Notes: a model not told the origin generated them from the sequence alone. Numbered from the stretch's first letter, positions 12,817-26,437 are shown. The stretch: DNA of 64,000 bases from Haliotis rufescens (GCF_023055435.1 NW_025964112.1:37634001-37698000); one strand, 5' to 3'. Made by a program: numbers and translations.

Positions 12817-13496
12817 TATATCTTAACTACGGCAACAATTTGTATTATGATGTCTCGGTGACATATTCATTTCAGGTTACTCTGGTGGCTAAAAAAAGAC
12901 TTGCAGTTAGTAGTATCTTTTCATGATACTATTTAATAAATCATATTGTAGAAAGTTTTCAATTTTTTACAGAGAAAATAAGCTAGGCCTGCTATATTGT
13001 CACATTATAAATGGTATAACCTTCACGATTCTATAGATAATAAACACCTAATCAAGAAAACTGATTTCACTGTTTCACTGTAAATATACTACTCAGTGGT
13101 AGTTATTCCTTAACTTCTTTTGAATACCATGGCAGAACTATAGCAATATGAGAGAACCGGCTGTTCCTTAACCGCTTTTGAGTAGTATATAACTTCAGCC
13201 CAAACATCAACACAGGGAGGTCAGTGGATGACGTAACCGCCATCAATGTAAGCTATATGTACAAGCGTCATCCCTACAATAAATGACCATCTACCTGCTG
13301 ACTCCCACTTCGCCTACTCATCATTCGAGAGTTGCTCAATTAAAGGGACATAACCTATGTCTGCCTACCATTTATTCGAGTTGCTTCCCTTTGGTTGAAA
13401 TCTGAAGTATTTGTTGTTTGGCTATTGGGACATGCCAAAATTAGAACTGTGTTTTTTCAACAGGTATGTTGCCGTATATACTACCATTACTGTATA

Positions 13497-13590
13497 TACT
13501 ACTCAAAAGAAGTTAAGAATCACCAGATCTGTCAGATTACCTACACTAACATGACAGCACCGGGTGGTCCTTAACTTCTTTTGAATATAT
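13497..13590. mobile_element. Short Tc1-type MITE remnant (tactactcaaaagaagttaag)
   Basis: inverted termini; same end motif at about 572 and 13086-13190. Confidence 0.55.
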
Positions 13591-13611
13591 TGTGTAATAA
13601 ATGTGGGATTA

Positions 13612-14250
13612 GACATGATTTCCTCATTGATAACATCTATCATTGTAAAATGTGGGGGTAAGACATTTCGGCAAGAAGTAGGCATCCCCATGGGCACCGA
13701 CTGCGCTCCCCTTCATGCCGATCTGTTTCTTTATGCATAGGAATCGGAATTTCTGCTCGGATTGGCAAACACAAAACAAGGTAATTTGGCCAAACATGTT
13801 AACTTAAGCTTCAGGGATATCGATGATCTGATGTCGTCCAATAACAATCAAATAGCCAGTTCCTTTCCACTGATTTATCCACCTGAAGTCGAAACAAAAA
13901 AGACCAGTAAGACCGCTTTATCTGTTTCATATTTTAATATGTGCATTCAGATTCAGAGTGACAAAACCTCTGACTGTCCACAAGACTGTTTGACGAGAGG
14001 GATGTCGGCAACTTTCCAAAAGTCAACTTTGCCTTTATGTCGCGCAATATTCCTGCAGCTCCAACCCTTGGCGTCTACATCTCACAACTGTTTGGGGTAC
14101 AATCGTGCATGCTCTTTCTACCAAGATTTCAAAGAGCGCCATACATATCTTGCTCTGAAGTTGTTTGATCTAGGTTAGAATATTCTATGCATCGGTAAAA
14201 ATTTAAAAAGGTTTTATTGAAAACAAGTGGAAGGCTTTTCCAAATTTGAC
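13612..14250 (+). mobile_element. Penelope-like retroelement reverse transcriptase fragment (decayed)
   Basis: FRQEVGIPMGTDCAPLHADLFLY, FRDIDD, IYPPE, NIPAAPTLGVYISQL, RACSFYQDF motifs with stops and frameshifts. Confidence 0.88.
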
Positions 14251-15089
14251 GCATCAGTGACAAAAAATATGTCCGATGCAATTCCCTATTTTGACTTGTA
14301 CCATATGTTCCCGTGTTTTTTCAGGTGAACATTTGACTTGCCTCTGCATGTGTTTGTGACGGATGCCGCCGGTGGGGCAGGAATCTGTCATTCGACACTG
14401 TTTTTCACAGAGATTTCTTGTATGGACAGAATATGGAAAGTATTTTGTCCCTTTAATTTGCATGTTCGTGCATGTACATCGTTATTTTACTCAATGAAAC
14501 TTGCTAAATTCACTTACGATTAAATATGTATTGGCAACAGCGAAATCTCACTCTACCAATGCAATACTGTTCACAAATGATGAAACGGCATGGGATAGCT
14601 TGTCTACTTGATCTGGTGGACAGCTCGGAGACGGCGTAGTGCGTTGCTCATAATATCAACCACTGGTTTATCAAACCCCGACTTGACTATTCACAGACAT
14701 CAACAATATACATTTGGATTATTGTTGACCAACGTAAATCCACAAACGAACCAAAAACGTCAGTAAACAGTCTTGCAAATTCGTTCATTTTGTCAGTATA
14801 TGTGCAAGACATCAGACGAAACAGCGACTTCCGCACAAGCTCAATCATTGGTTCTTGATAAGCGCTTCCGAAATAAATGCCGACTTAACTTAAAAGGCTG
14901 TTATCTATTTCTTACAAAATACAACAAAGACATCACTTCCGAAACATACCAAAAATACGATATTTAATGCACTTCTGTTGATATAGCCATATCGTTAGTG
15001 TGTATCTAACATCAACCTTTACTTTGTAAACTTGAACGTCCTTTGAAAAAAAATATTCATTATTCCTAAAGCTATGACATCAAAGGAAA

Positions 15090-15710
15090 AATGTCTACGG
15101 TAGTTTTTGAAGATCGTTATAATCAGGCAAAAATAGCGTTAAAAGCACTGACAGGTTAAAAACCTCAGTCGGGGAATTGTTGACCTAACAGATCCCAGTA
15201 GCTCTAAAGAGCGTTGACTTCTTATTCTTAAGCATTGATAGTGCAGCTCAAAATCCTCCGCCTCTTGTCAGTCAATTACATACCGATGCACCTGGGGGCA
15301 ACGTCGACCCTCGACCCACCGCTAACAAATAACATTCAACGTCTTGAGAAAAAAATACTTTCCGACCAAAAACGGTTCCTGGCAGTGAAGACCGATACGT
15401 CGACGGCGGCCTCTTTGATCTCTTAGAAACATCAAAGGGGACAGCAAGGAAAACGTGCCAAAAGTTCTAGGGTGCGTGTGTAAACAGGAATCGGGAACCA
15501 GGAAACGAAATTGGCTTCTCTTCCTTGGATGGGTCGCCTGTTAGGTTTATGTTAGAATATGATGGCACATGTAGACATTTAACTGTACACACGCTCAGCA
15601 CGAGGGAGGATGCAGCACAGGTGTATCACTGGTTGCCAGATATGTATCAGGTGGAATTCTGTTCGCTGGGGTGCTTTCTCTTTGAGGTTTCCGCCATTCT
15701 AATTGCTGTT
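15090..15710 (+). pseudogene. Decayed secreted cystine-knot-like paralogue
   Basis: TCQK[F][stop]G at 15456, LE[Y]DGTC at 15558 in the same frame, NCTHAQHEGGCSTGVSLVARY, FSLRFPPF(-2 nt)NC at 15688-15706. Confidence 0.5.
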
Positions 15711-16077
15711 GGTGGTTCGGTAGCCTAATTGAAGACACTGACAGCAATACACGATGTATTCACAGCAAGCTTTCATCTGAATAGCCGGTCCGTTTTATTC
15801 AATGAATTAGGGACTTTGTTGGACACCGCTATGCAAAATACTCTCATTACATCGTAACATTGGTCACATCGATTTGAGAGATAGTGTGAGAAACGTAGTT
15901 TATAAGTGAGTGCGTGAGTTAGTGAGCGGGGAGTTGATGAATGGCGAGTTGGAATATACGACTGTTTAAAGAGGTAGGTTCTTGCAGTAGGTTCTTCTAA
16001 CTGACGATGCAGTCTGGATCTTTTAGAGACCTTGTCTATCCACCAACAAATTATAAAGATGATGGTACTGTGGTGAA

Positions 16078-16242
16078 GTGAGTGAGTGAATATGGTTTTA
16101 CGCCGCTTTTAGCAATATTCCAGCAATATTACGTCGGGGGACTCAGGAAATGGGCTTAACATTGTACCAATGTTGGGAATCGAACCCGGGCTTCGGCGTG
16201 ATGAGCGAAAGCTTTAACCACTAGGCTTACCAAACCGCCCCC
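16078..16242 (-). mobile_element. tRNA-derived SINE family A
   Basis: A/B boxes and (cact)n tail. Confidence 0.9.
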
Positions 16243-18118
16243 GATGGTGAAGAAGATAAAGATTGTACTGCAATAGTGAAGAAGATGAAGACGATGCCAC
16301 AATGGAGAAGAAGATGAGGGAGGTGAAATGGAGTTTAACGTTGCTTTCAGGATTAAGACGACGACGGTGGTGTGGTAAAGAAGAATACGATTCTTCTGCA
16401 GTGAAGAAGATAAAGATGATGGTGATGTAGTGAAGAAGATAAAAACGATGGTGATGTTGTGAAGAAGATAAAGACGATGGTGATGTTGTGAAGAAGATAA
16501 AGACGATGGTGATGTTGTGAAGAAGATAAATACGGCGGTGATGTCGTGAAGAAGATAAAGACGATAGTGATGTAGTGAAGAAGATGAAGACGATGATGAT
16601 GTAGTGAAGAAGATAAAGATGGCGGTGATGCCGTGAAGAAGATAAAGACGATAGTGATGTAGTGAAGAAGATGAAGACGATGATAATGTAGTGAAGAAGA
16701 TAAAGACGATGGTGCTGTAGTGAAGAAGATAAAGACGATAGTGGTTTTAGTGAAGAAGATGAAGACGATGATGATGTAGTGAGGAAGGTGAAGACGATAG
16801 TGATGTAGTGAAGAAGATAAAGACGATGGTGATATGGTGAAGAAGATGAAGACGATGGTGATGTAGTGATCGTCTTCATCTTCTTCACAACACCACCATC
16901 GTCTTTATTTTCTTCACTACTTCACCATCGTCTTCATCTTCTTCACTACATCACCATCGTCTTCATCTTCTTCACTACAGCACCATTGTCTTCTTCTTCT
17001 CACTATATCACCATCGTCTTCATCTTCTTCACCATATAACTATCGTCTTCATCTTCTTCACTACATCACTACCGTCTTTATCTTCTTCACTACAGCACCA
17101 TCGTCTTCATCTTCTTCACAACATCACCATCGTCTTCATCTTCTTCACCATATCACTATCGTCTTCATCTTCTTCACTACATCACCATCGTCTTTATCTT
17201 CTTCACTACAGCACCATCGTCTTCATCTTCTTCACAACATCACCATCGTCTTCATCTTCTTCACCATATCACTATCGTCTTTATCTTCTTCACTACTTCA
17301 CCATCGTCTTCATCTTCTTCACTACATCATCATCGTCTTCATCTTCTTCACTACAGCCCTATCGTCTTCTTCTTCTCACTACATCACCATCGTCTTTATT
17401 TTCTTCACTACAGCACCATCGTCTTCGTCTTCTTCACCACATCACTATCGTCTTCATCTTCTTTATTACTTCACCATCGTCTTTATCTTCTTCACTACAG
17501 CACCATCGTTTTCATCTTCTTCACCATATCACCATCGTCTTCATCTTCTTAACTACATCATCATCGTCTTCATCTTCTTCACTACAGCACCATCGTCTTC
17601 TTCTCACTACAACACCATCGTCTTCTTCTTCTCACTACATCACCATCGTCTTCATCTTCTTCACCATATCACTATCTTCTTCATCTTCTTCACTACATCA
17701 CCATCGTCTTAATTTCTTCACTACAGCACCATCGTCTTCGTCTTCTACACTACATCACCATCGTCTTAATTTCTTCACTACAGCACCATCGTCTTCGTCT
17801 TCTTCACTACACCACTATCGTCTTCATCTTCTTTATTACTTCACCATCGTCTTTATTTTCTTCACTACAGCACCATCGTCTTCGTCTTCTTCAATGCATC
17901 ACCATCGTGTTTATCTTCTTCACTACAGCACCATCGTCTTCATCTTCTTCACTACATCACCATCGTCTTCGTCTTCTTCAATACATCACCATCGTGTTTA
18001 TCTTCTTCACTACAGCACCATCGTCTTCATCTGTAGCGAGAAGAAGAAGACGATGGTGCTGTTGTGAAGAAGATGAAGACGATGGTGATGTAGTGAAGAA
18101 GATGTGAAGAAGATGTGA
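16243..18118. repeat. 29-bp minisatellite (gtgaagaagatgaagacgatggtgatgta) with an internal inverted block at 16869-18032
   Basis: array orientation switches at about 16869 and back at about 18033. Confidence 0.93.
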
Positions 18119-18448
18119 AATCTATTCTCAGTGGCCATTGCTGCCAGGGACAACTGCCCAAACCAACCTTAAGACATTCTCACTACTCATTGAAATAAAT
18201 CATTGTATTCCAAGGAAAGACCCACATGTTATTCTGCTCATGCATGAAGAATGGTAAACCCGTCTGTAGTAATTTATTACTGTTTTAATATATCTCAAAT
18301 ACAAAGTCCGATGGGTAAACTGCATGTACGTTGTATACTCCCCATGGAGCTGAGAATGACACTTGCGGGCACAATGATCCATCGACAGGGATAATGATGT
18401 TGAAGCGTTATGGGCGTACCGATAAACATGGAGAGTAAACCTTCACCA

Positions 18449-18645
18449 TCGAGTATGGACCAGACAATCCAGTGATTGTCATCATGAGCATCGATCCACA
18501 AAATAGGGATACCATGACATGCATCAACCAAGTCAGCGAGACTGACAATCCGAGATCGTTAGTCGCCTCTTACGACAAGCATAGTCGCCTTTTACGGCAA
18601 GCATGGGTTGCTGAAGATCTAATATACCCCGGGTCTTCACGGGCC
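18449..18645 (-). mobile_element. SINE-like family C
   Basis: homology; carries the duplicated gcttgycgtaaraggcgacta motif. Confidence 0.85.
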
Positions 18646-18769
18646 CAGCCCAGGGTCTTATCAAGTACACTATTCGCTGTGACATACACATAATCTAATG
18701 ATAACACTTCAGAGGAATTCATTCAACGACATAAGTTGAAAACTTAGAGTATTCTATTTTTAAACCAGC

Positions 18770-19460
18770 GATGATGGATGGGCAGAATGCTCAGACTCGG
18801 GGTCAGGAGGGTCAATAACTGGTTCCCTGCTGTTACGCGTAATGTGTTTTGCTTCGGTGCTACAACAAACTTATAGAGACAGAAGCCAAGTCTCAAATAA
18901 AGAAGTCGCTACGGAGTAGGTAAAGACCTAAGGGCAACCGGTGGCCGGCGAGGCAAGACAGCGCAACAACATGCCTAATCGAGTGGAAAGACCAGTCTAG
19001 AATCACGATATAACCAATTTGTTAAATTGAGAAAAGTTCACAACTCGCACGAAATTGTTACAAGACTAAAACGTCTGTCAACAAGATTAAATTGAGTGTG
19101 TTATCAAAATAGAGTTCTTCAGCATGGGAGGCCTCTCTCTAAATCAATATAACACTTAGTCTAGAGGTTCGGATAACGGCCGGAGACTTACTGAGGGTTG
19201 TTGGCAAAGCTTTCTAAATGTTTGGTTCGAGCCATACCGCGAGTGGCTTCTTTTCCAGTTTTATTGTGGATTAAACGCGCTTTGTTAGATGTGGCAACTG
19301 TTATTTTTGCGAGACTTCATATCATCATTGGTAAATCACATAATCGAGGATGCTGTGCTTTGTGGACCTTTTACAAACGGAATTTTTTGTCTGTGTTTTT
19401 TTTTTCCTTCTAACATCACCGAGCCTCATTGATAGAGCAGCATGTCTTCGGTTTGAGCAA
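18770..19460 (+). pseudogene. Weak candidate cystine-knot-like paralogue
   Basis: acceptor followed by ATG, hydrophobic stretch, RCGNCYFC and NRGC motifs in different frames. Confidence 0.25.
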
Positions 19461-19600
19461 AACATTCAGGCGTCTGGAACTCAGAAGGCATGCAATAATC
19501 GCATTGAAAACGAGCATCATAATTTAACCACTGTTTCGATAAAGATGAAGGTGACATTGACCCAGCAGAATGTTTTTAGGCTTCTGTTCCTCCAAGTAAC

Positions 19601-19784
19601 GAGTGAGTGAGTGAGTGAGTGAGTGAGTGAGTATGGTTTTACGCAGCTTTTAGCAATATTCCAGCAATATCACGGCTGGGGAAACCAGAAATGGGCTTCA
19701 CACATTGTACCCATGTCGGGAATCGAACCCAGGTCTTCGGCGTGTCGAGCGAACGCTTTAACCACAAGGCTACCCGACCGCCCC
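19601..19784 (-). mobile_element. tRNA-derived SINE family A
   Basis: 15-bp TSD cctccaagtaacgag (19589-19603 / 19783-19797). Confidence 0.93.
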
Positions 19785-20629
19785 TCCAAGTAACGAGGGT
19801 CTCTATAAGAGTGTCTATGGAGTACCTTGTTTACCACACGTTCACCTTGTCACCCGTTTTCTCTTGTGAGAGTGGGCGGTGGGGAATCCTAGTGTTTAAA
19901 GCTTTGGCAAGTCATATAGAAGCCTCGGGTTCGATTCCTAAATAATATGTCAAAAATAAGTTCTTGTCCCCTGGAATTATATGGCTTACTATCATATTAA
20001 ACCACGTGGCGGAAAAGACGATTGTGGATTGGAATTTGTGCGTAGATCTGCATGTTCAATATGATGGGGCACGCTGGTGATGTTTTCAATATTTCCTGGC
20101 AATAATGATTCAACACAAGAAGCTACACAGACATGAGCGAGAGGTCATTTCGAGCACAAGTGAACAGTGATCTTTGACCTGAAAAAGTCACAACTAAACG
20201 ACATCGACAGCACAAGCGACCACCATGAGAATCCTCGCAATTGCCCCATTGTTTTCTCAGTACTTACGCAAGGTGTGTGACCAGGTGTCCATACGGTATT
20301 TACTGAGTGAAGTTTCAAACTTAGATAAAAAAAAATGGGTTGCCTTTGTGAAGGCATCGGTGTCAGTGTCGCATCAGCCACAGTGACCTGGGTTTTATAT
20401 AGAAACTCAACCCCTCTCAAGACAACCTTCATCTGAGATGATAATGAAGGACATGCGACCCAAAGGCAACCTATATACTAAGTTCTGAACCTCACAAAAA
20501 AGGCTCGACCTAAATACATTAAAATTATTTCTTTTACAACATAATCCGCTCAGTGATAGAGTGAGCGCTTGGTTTCACACCGCTAGCACTTTCCAAACTA
20601 GACTATCCCCAACAGGATTACAGTCACTT

Positions 20630-20817
20630 CAGCAAGACGACAGCGGTCTGTTAATATTCAAGTCTGGGCCAGACAATCCTGTGATGGACCTCGTGAGCCT
20701 CGATCTGCGTAACTGGATACGATGACATGCATCAACCAATTCAGTGACCCGTTAGTTGCCTCTTACGACACGCATTGGTTGGTGAAGGTCAGTTCTAACC
20801 CGGATCTTCAATGGTTC
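20630..20817 (-). mobile_element. SINE-like family C (degenerate)
   Basis: homology to other copies. Confidence 0.75.
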
Positions 20818-21357
20818 CATCTTCCCGAGGCAAGGGAGTTAACTGACTGAAAACGTCCAGTTTCCACCCTTGCCGAACTTGGCTACAATTATTGAGTTAT
20901 AGTTTGGCTGGACTAACGAGCCTATCAAAATCGCGTAACGACATCCACATCCGGTTCGTAAACAACATGGATTTCAACGTGCAGATTTCGTTTGACCGCA
21001 GGATGAGCAATAGATGTGTACCGTCAACTGGGCGTCGACATATATTTTCCAAATCTTTTAACGTTTTAAATCTAGGTGCTCACGTGATTTGATGCACTTC
21101 GCGAGATAAGACCCGTTTTGTTACAATATATATCTTGATTATCTATCAGGCTGTCTTGAATGGGCACCGCCATTTTGTTTGAAGCAAATACAAGTGATAT
21201 TAGAGGTGAAATCTTATTGGTCAATAGGATGGGCATAGAAGGAACATAACTCGTAATAGCCACTGGTGGTGATCGAGCCCAGAAATAACAGCCTAGTTCG
21301 GCAAGGGTGGAAACTGGACTTTTAGAGTCAGTTAAACTCCCTTGCCTCGGAAAGATG
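20818..21357. mobile_element. Non-autonomous DNA transposon with about 65-bp TIRs (catcttcccgaggcaag) and 9-bp TSD
   Basis: long TIRs; TSD caatggttc / caagggttc. Confidence 0.85.
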
Positions 21358-21976
21358 CAAGGGTTCCTGCCGTTGTAATGTTTCAAATGTGGACACACGT
21401 TTCATTAAATTGGTATTACACGGGAGCTCGTTTAGTATTCTATATTTATTACTATACTATATTATAGTAACTATTCTATTATTCTATCATTATAGGTTTA
21501 GACATAACCGAGTTCATAAAAATCGTATGTGCACTACTGCACCAGGTTATTGTTTCCGTCATACGGGCAGCATTGTTGACGTCATTCGAATCCTATTGTG
21601 ACGTCACACTAGAAACGACGTCATATTTGTTTGAAGATTGTTGACGTCATTCGACAAATTGTGTTTTTCTAGGACAGCGGTGGTGGCAAGTGCATTTCAT
21701 TTTTTTACAGGGGAGCTCAAAAGGATTAAGATTTTACGAAATTTGTGTAAGAATTCATGTATTATCCTCGCTCTCGCTCGGGAAAAGCAAGAATTCTGAC
21801 ACTCGTTTCGTAACATCAGTATGAAACACATGCTTGTGTAATGCTTCTTACCAGTGACCAGGTCATATTTGTGATCCTACCCTAGCCCTGTAGAGCTGTT
21901 CTCTCCGGATAGGCCTCAAGGTTCTCCTGCTCAAGGTCGACTACAGACTACAGATTTAATCTGAACATGTTGACAG

Positions 21977-22124
21977 TGAGTGAGTATGGTTTTACACGGC
22001 TTTCAGCACAGACGGCGGGGGACACCAGAAATGGTCTTCACACATTGTACCAATGTGGGGAATCAAACCTGGGTCTTCGGCGGGTCGAGCGAACGCTTTA
22101 ACAACTGGGCTACCCCACCGACCC
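21977..22124 (-). mobile_element. tRNA-derived SINE family A
   Basis: homology to other copies. Confidence 0.88.
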
Positions 22125-22169
22125 TAACATGATAAGATGTGTCTGAGTACGCCGTAAGATGTCCCAACT

Positions 22170-23241
22170 GCGTCAAACAGCACATGCGATGATAGCATCA
22201 CATCAATCGCGACACCAAATACTAAAACATTGAAGGGTGCGGTGGGGTAGCCTAGTGGTTAAAGTGTTCGCTCGTCACGCCGAATACCGGGTTCGATTCC
22301 CCACATGGGTTCAAAGTGTGAAGCCCATTTCTTGTGTCCCCCGCAGTGATTTTGCTGGAATATTGGTAAGAGCGGCGTGAAACAATAATCACTTACTGAA
22401 ACATTGAAGAAATCTCTAATTCTTATTTTAAGTTAACTTTATTGTTGAAACATCTAAGCGACATGTACGACCACCAGAGCCGATACCTAATACCGTAGGT
22501 GTTACATAATCTGCCCAAGGATACAATGTTACACAAGGAATGTTCCACAAACACTCACAATACCACCAACTGATGCATATTAACGCTAAAGAACTCGCCT
22601 CAGGGCCTTCCTTGACATTCATAACAAACTTCCACGAGAGAAAAGTTGTTACGACATTTGAAGACTCTACAACAGCAACAATATTTCTTATCCTCTGTGT
22701 CAAATTTGGATCAAAGGACTGACTATAGTACTTAGGCAGGTTTTCACATGCAAATATTACCATCTGCTTTAACGTAATGCATTTGTCAAGTGAGCTCCTT
22801 ACACGGTGAAGTGTAGTGTGAAGAGCTTTCGCCATTGATCCGCGCGCCCTCAACCTGAGAATCGACACATTTGTAGCTTCTATAGAAAGGCGCTTGAGAC
22901 GCTTATCATCTCGGTTTGAATTTCATTCCGTTTTTCAACTATTTGCTCAATTTCAGCCATTTGATTAGAGTGTTGAACTTTTCCCATTTGACAAAAACCA
23001 GATCGTTTGAAGATTAATTTTGAATCACACTTGTATTCAGCAGCATCTCTTGTCATCCTCATCGATCGAGTAAAACTCAAATGAAACGACGCTGTGTTCA
23101 CTTGGCTGAAAGCACCGTAACGATCTCTCCATTCTCGTATGGTCTTGTTTCAATGTTTGTTGCCACAACTTCAGCGAAAATTTTCCACATGATCAAAAAG
23201 ACGCCAATCGCAGTGTAGACTGGTGTCTTTTCACTCCGCAT
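22170..23241 (-). pseudogene. Decayed secreted cystine-knot-like paralogue (longest prodomain), interrupted by a SINE
   Basis: MRSEKTPVYTAIGVFLIMWKIFAEVVA signal-like start, KR/RVR sites, VCYECQGR (CQG at 22609-22617), FLVTL as in the 44k copy; several frameshifts. Confidence 0.45.
22235..22398 (+). mobile_element. tRNA-derived SINE family A
   Basis: A/B boxes; TSD-like aaacattgaag on both sides. Confidence 0.9.
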
Positions 23242-23894
23242 CTTCTGAAGATGGCCTCCAAATATTGACTAAACACGTTTAACAAAGCTCTCTATCGCCC
23301 ACTGTGGGGACTCGCTCTTCTTCTAGCGTTTCGCTACTTTCAATTGATGATAATTGCCTAACTGTAAACACTAGGGTTTTCGCTTCACTTTCATCCCACC
23401 ACGAAAGTGTTTCAAAGGCCAAGAGGTTACATAGGTAAATATTGACGAAAAGAGCTGAAAAGATTCCTTGCTTGTCTTCACTGGATTATCACATTACTGA
23501 GGACGAGGTGCCGAGGTCCCTCTAAAAACAGGTCTTTATTGATCTAGACTTTCAGAAGTGATAATGGCGATTTAGATTATCACCAGTTTTATTCGCGTGT
23601 TATCAAATCTGATCTGTGACGCACATGCTACAAAACCTGCGTTATTCATCAAAATGGCGCAGATCTAATTGAAAATATACAGAACTATTTTCTCCCTTCA
23701 CGTTCCATTTTTAAGAGACACGAAAATATTATTTGTAAGTCGCAATCCCCTCGTTCATTGTGTTTCCAAATATTTAGAAGCGATTTTCTGATCAGAGAGA
23801 GGTTGCGATGTGTAAATATTTATACACTGTACCTATAGGGGTAAGGTAATCGTGGTTACAGACGTCAGAGAATATATTTGACTCCTATTCGCAT

Positions 23895-24660
23895 TTCAGC
23901 CCTAGCAGCCTATACTCATTCCTTCGCGGCTCTAGCAGCCTATACTCATCCCCTTATCAGCTCTAGCAGCCTATACTCATCCCCTTCACAGCTCTAGCAG
24001 CCTATACTCATCCCCTTCTCAGGTCTTAAAGCAGCCTATACTCGTTCCTTCGCGGCTCTAGCAGCCTATACCTATCCCCTTCTCAGCCCTAGCAGCCTAT
24101 ACTCATCCCCTTCTCAGGTCTTAAAGCAGCCTATACTCATCCCCTTCTCAGCGCTAGCGGCCTGTACCCATCCCCTTCACGGCTCTAGCAGCCTATACTC
24201 ATCCCCTTCTCAGGTCTTAAAGCAGCCTATACCCATCCCCTTCCCAGCTCTAGCAGCCTATACTCATCCTCTTCACAGCTCTAGCAGCCTATACCCACCC
24301 CCTTCACAGCTCTAGCAGCCTATACTCATCCCCTTCACAGCCCTAGCAGCCTATACTCACCCCCTTCACAGCCTATACTCATCCCCTTCACGGATCTAGC
24401 AGCCTATACTCATCCCCTTCACGGATCTAGCAGCCTATACTCATCCCCTTCACAGCTCTAGCAGCCTATACTCATCCCCTTCACAGCCCTAGCAGCCTAT
24501 ACTCATCCCCTTCACAGCCCTAGCAGCCTATACTCATTCCTTCGCGGCTCTAGCAGCCTATACTCATCCCCTTCACAGCCCTAGCAGCCTATACTCATCC
24601 CCTTCACAGCTCTAGCAGCCTATACTCATCCCCTTCACAGCTCTACAAGACTATACTCTT
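23895..24660. repeat. 31-bp minisatellite (ctctagcagcctatactcatccccttcacag), about 24 units
   Basis: period 31 (24551 to 24582). Confidence 0.95.
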
Positions 24661-24759
24661 GAGGGTTCCCAAATATATGCTGTTTCATATAACTGTTTTT
24701 ATTTGTACTTGTACGTTGTAAATTTTTATAACTTATTTCGGACTATAGACTATTATATA

Positions 24760-25090
24760 GAGACTACTCATTTCGGCAGACTAGCGAAAGCAAAGCCTCC
24801 AATGCCCACAGATGTACTAAATTCAATACCAAATCCACAAAAATCCATACTCATACTCAAATGAAAGTTGACGAATCTGTAACGCGCTTCATACTCAGCA
24901 CAAAGGGCACTATGACAAGGCTTGCCCATCTTGCAATCAGCTGAAATCCATTGCTCACTTGTTACTGGAATGTCAAGACCATGCCCCAGCCCGGGCTCAG
25001 TTAAAACGCGATCCGCTATCTGTATTAAATCTCCTTAACCATGAGATGCAGTAGCGAAGGCCAAACTAACTATATTTCTGAAAGATGGTC
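24760..25090 (-). pseudogene. Weak candidate cystine-knot-like paralogue
   Basis: open stretch of about 87 codons: ..ADCKMGKPCHSALC..TSVG..FAFASLPK-stop. Confidence 0.25.
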
Positions 25091-25464
25091 AGCTGCTCGA
25101 AAGTTTCTAAATAATACAGCCGCCAAAGAAATCGTATCATTTTTTAAAAAACACCAATTTGAGTACAGAAACAGAAATCTCTTCAATACGTAAAGCAATC
25201 TGAAATCACAATAGATATATATGGCTCAGATCTTACATTATTAATTCCCCTGGATAGATGATCCATAATCATAGCTCATGGGATAGTCTAAAATTAATAT
25301 TACATTACCCGGAAATATTGCATTTGATGCTTAAAGACACAATCAGTAATATTCCAGCTGTGGTGGCGGGCTGTAAATAATCGAGTTTCGGCCAGACAAA
25401 CCAATGATTGGTATTATGAGCAACGTCACACGACTCCATCAACGACGTCACCGAGCCACACGTT

Positions 25465-25770
25465 CTAAACTAATAATCATACCGCCATTTCTAAGCAATC
25501 AAACTATCATACTGCCATTTCTAAAGAAACAAACTATCATACCGCCATTTCTAAACAAATTAACAATCATACTGCCATTTCTGAACAAACTAACAATCAT
25601 ACCGCCATTACCAAACACACTAACAATCATACTGCCATTTCTAAACAAACTAACAATCATACCGCCATTTCTTAACAAATAAACACCAACACCGCCATAT
25701 CTAAACACACAAACAATCATACCGCCATTTCTGAACAAACTAACTATCATACTGCTATTTTCTAAACAGA
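25465..25770. repeat. 30-bp minisatellite (aaactaacaatcataccgccatttctaaac), about 10 units
   Basis: period 30. Confidence 0.92.
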
Positions 25771-26082
25771 CAAACATATCCTCCATATTCCCATTTTGGA
25801 AAATACCTAATTTCAAGTGAATGTTATGAACTTTTAACACAACGCATTTTCCTTTGCTTTATCAATAGTTAATACGTGCCCATATCTTCCTTTCCTTCCA
25901 ACTAATCTAAAGTTAATATGCAAATCTCTTCATTCGTGCTCATTCTGTTTCTGCTATGTACTACAAGTTCACAAATTTATCGGAGATAAACTGACGATAC
26001 AGATTCTATTATGCGCAAAAGGTAAATTAGTAGTGAAAATTATATGAACGAACCACTGAAAACCAGCGATGACACCAGGTAA

Positions 26083-26437
26083 TGAGGTGAGGTGAAATGG
26101 GGTTTAACGTCGCGTCCAAGATTATTGCACTTACATGTATATAGCGACGTGCATGTACGTGTGTGTGTTAGTGTGGCTGCTTGTACTAGTTCGGACTGAT
26201 GCCGATTTATAGTGCTAGCTCACTGAGATACCATGCCGCAGTTTAACATGAATATCCCACTCAGTATACTGACTCCGAGCCGACCAGTCCTTGTTTTAGC
26301 CCCTTAATGCCGAGCGCCAGACAGGGTAACAACAAGTACAATCTTTTAACGTCTTTTGGTATGATGCGGCCGGGGATCGAACCCCAGACCTTCCGCTCTC
26401 CAGGCGGACGCTCTACCACTACACCACGGAGGCGGTC
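26083..26437 (-). mobile_element. SINE family B, full length
   Basis: TSD ccaggtaatgag (26075-26086 / 26439-26450). Confidence 0.93.

Noticed and set aside
16214-16888. 224-aa Ser/His-rich ORF
   Set aside because: Translation of a 29-bp non-triplet repeat cycling through frames
21405-21850. Cluster of TGACGTCA (CRE) sites as a regulatory module
   Set aside because: More likely internal motifs of a degenerate non-autonomous transposon with weak inverted ends; cannot be resolved here
22990-23035. C-x11-C as an insulin B chain, and KRLSI as egg-laying hormone
   Set aside because: No CC-x3-C-x8-C A chain and no further ELH similarity or amidation site
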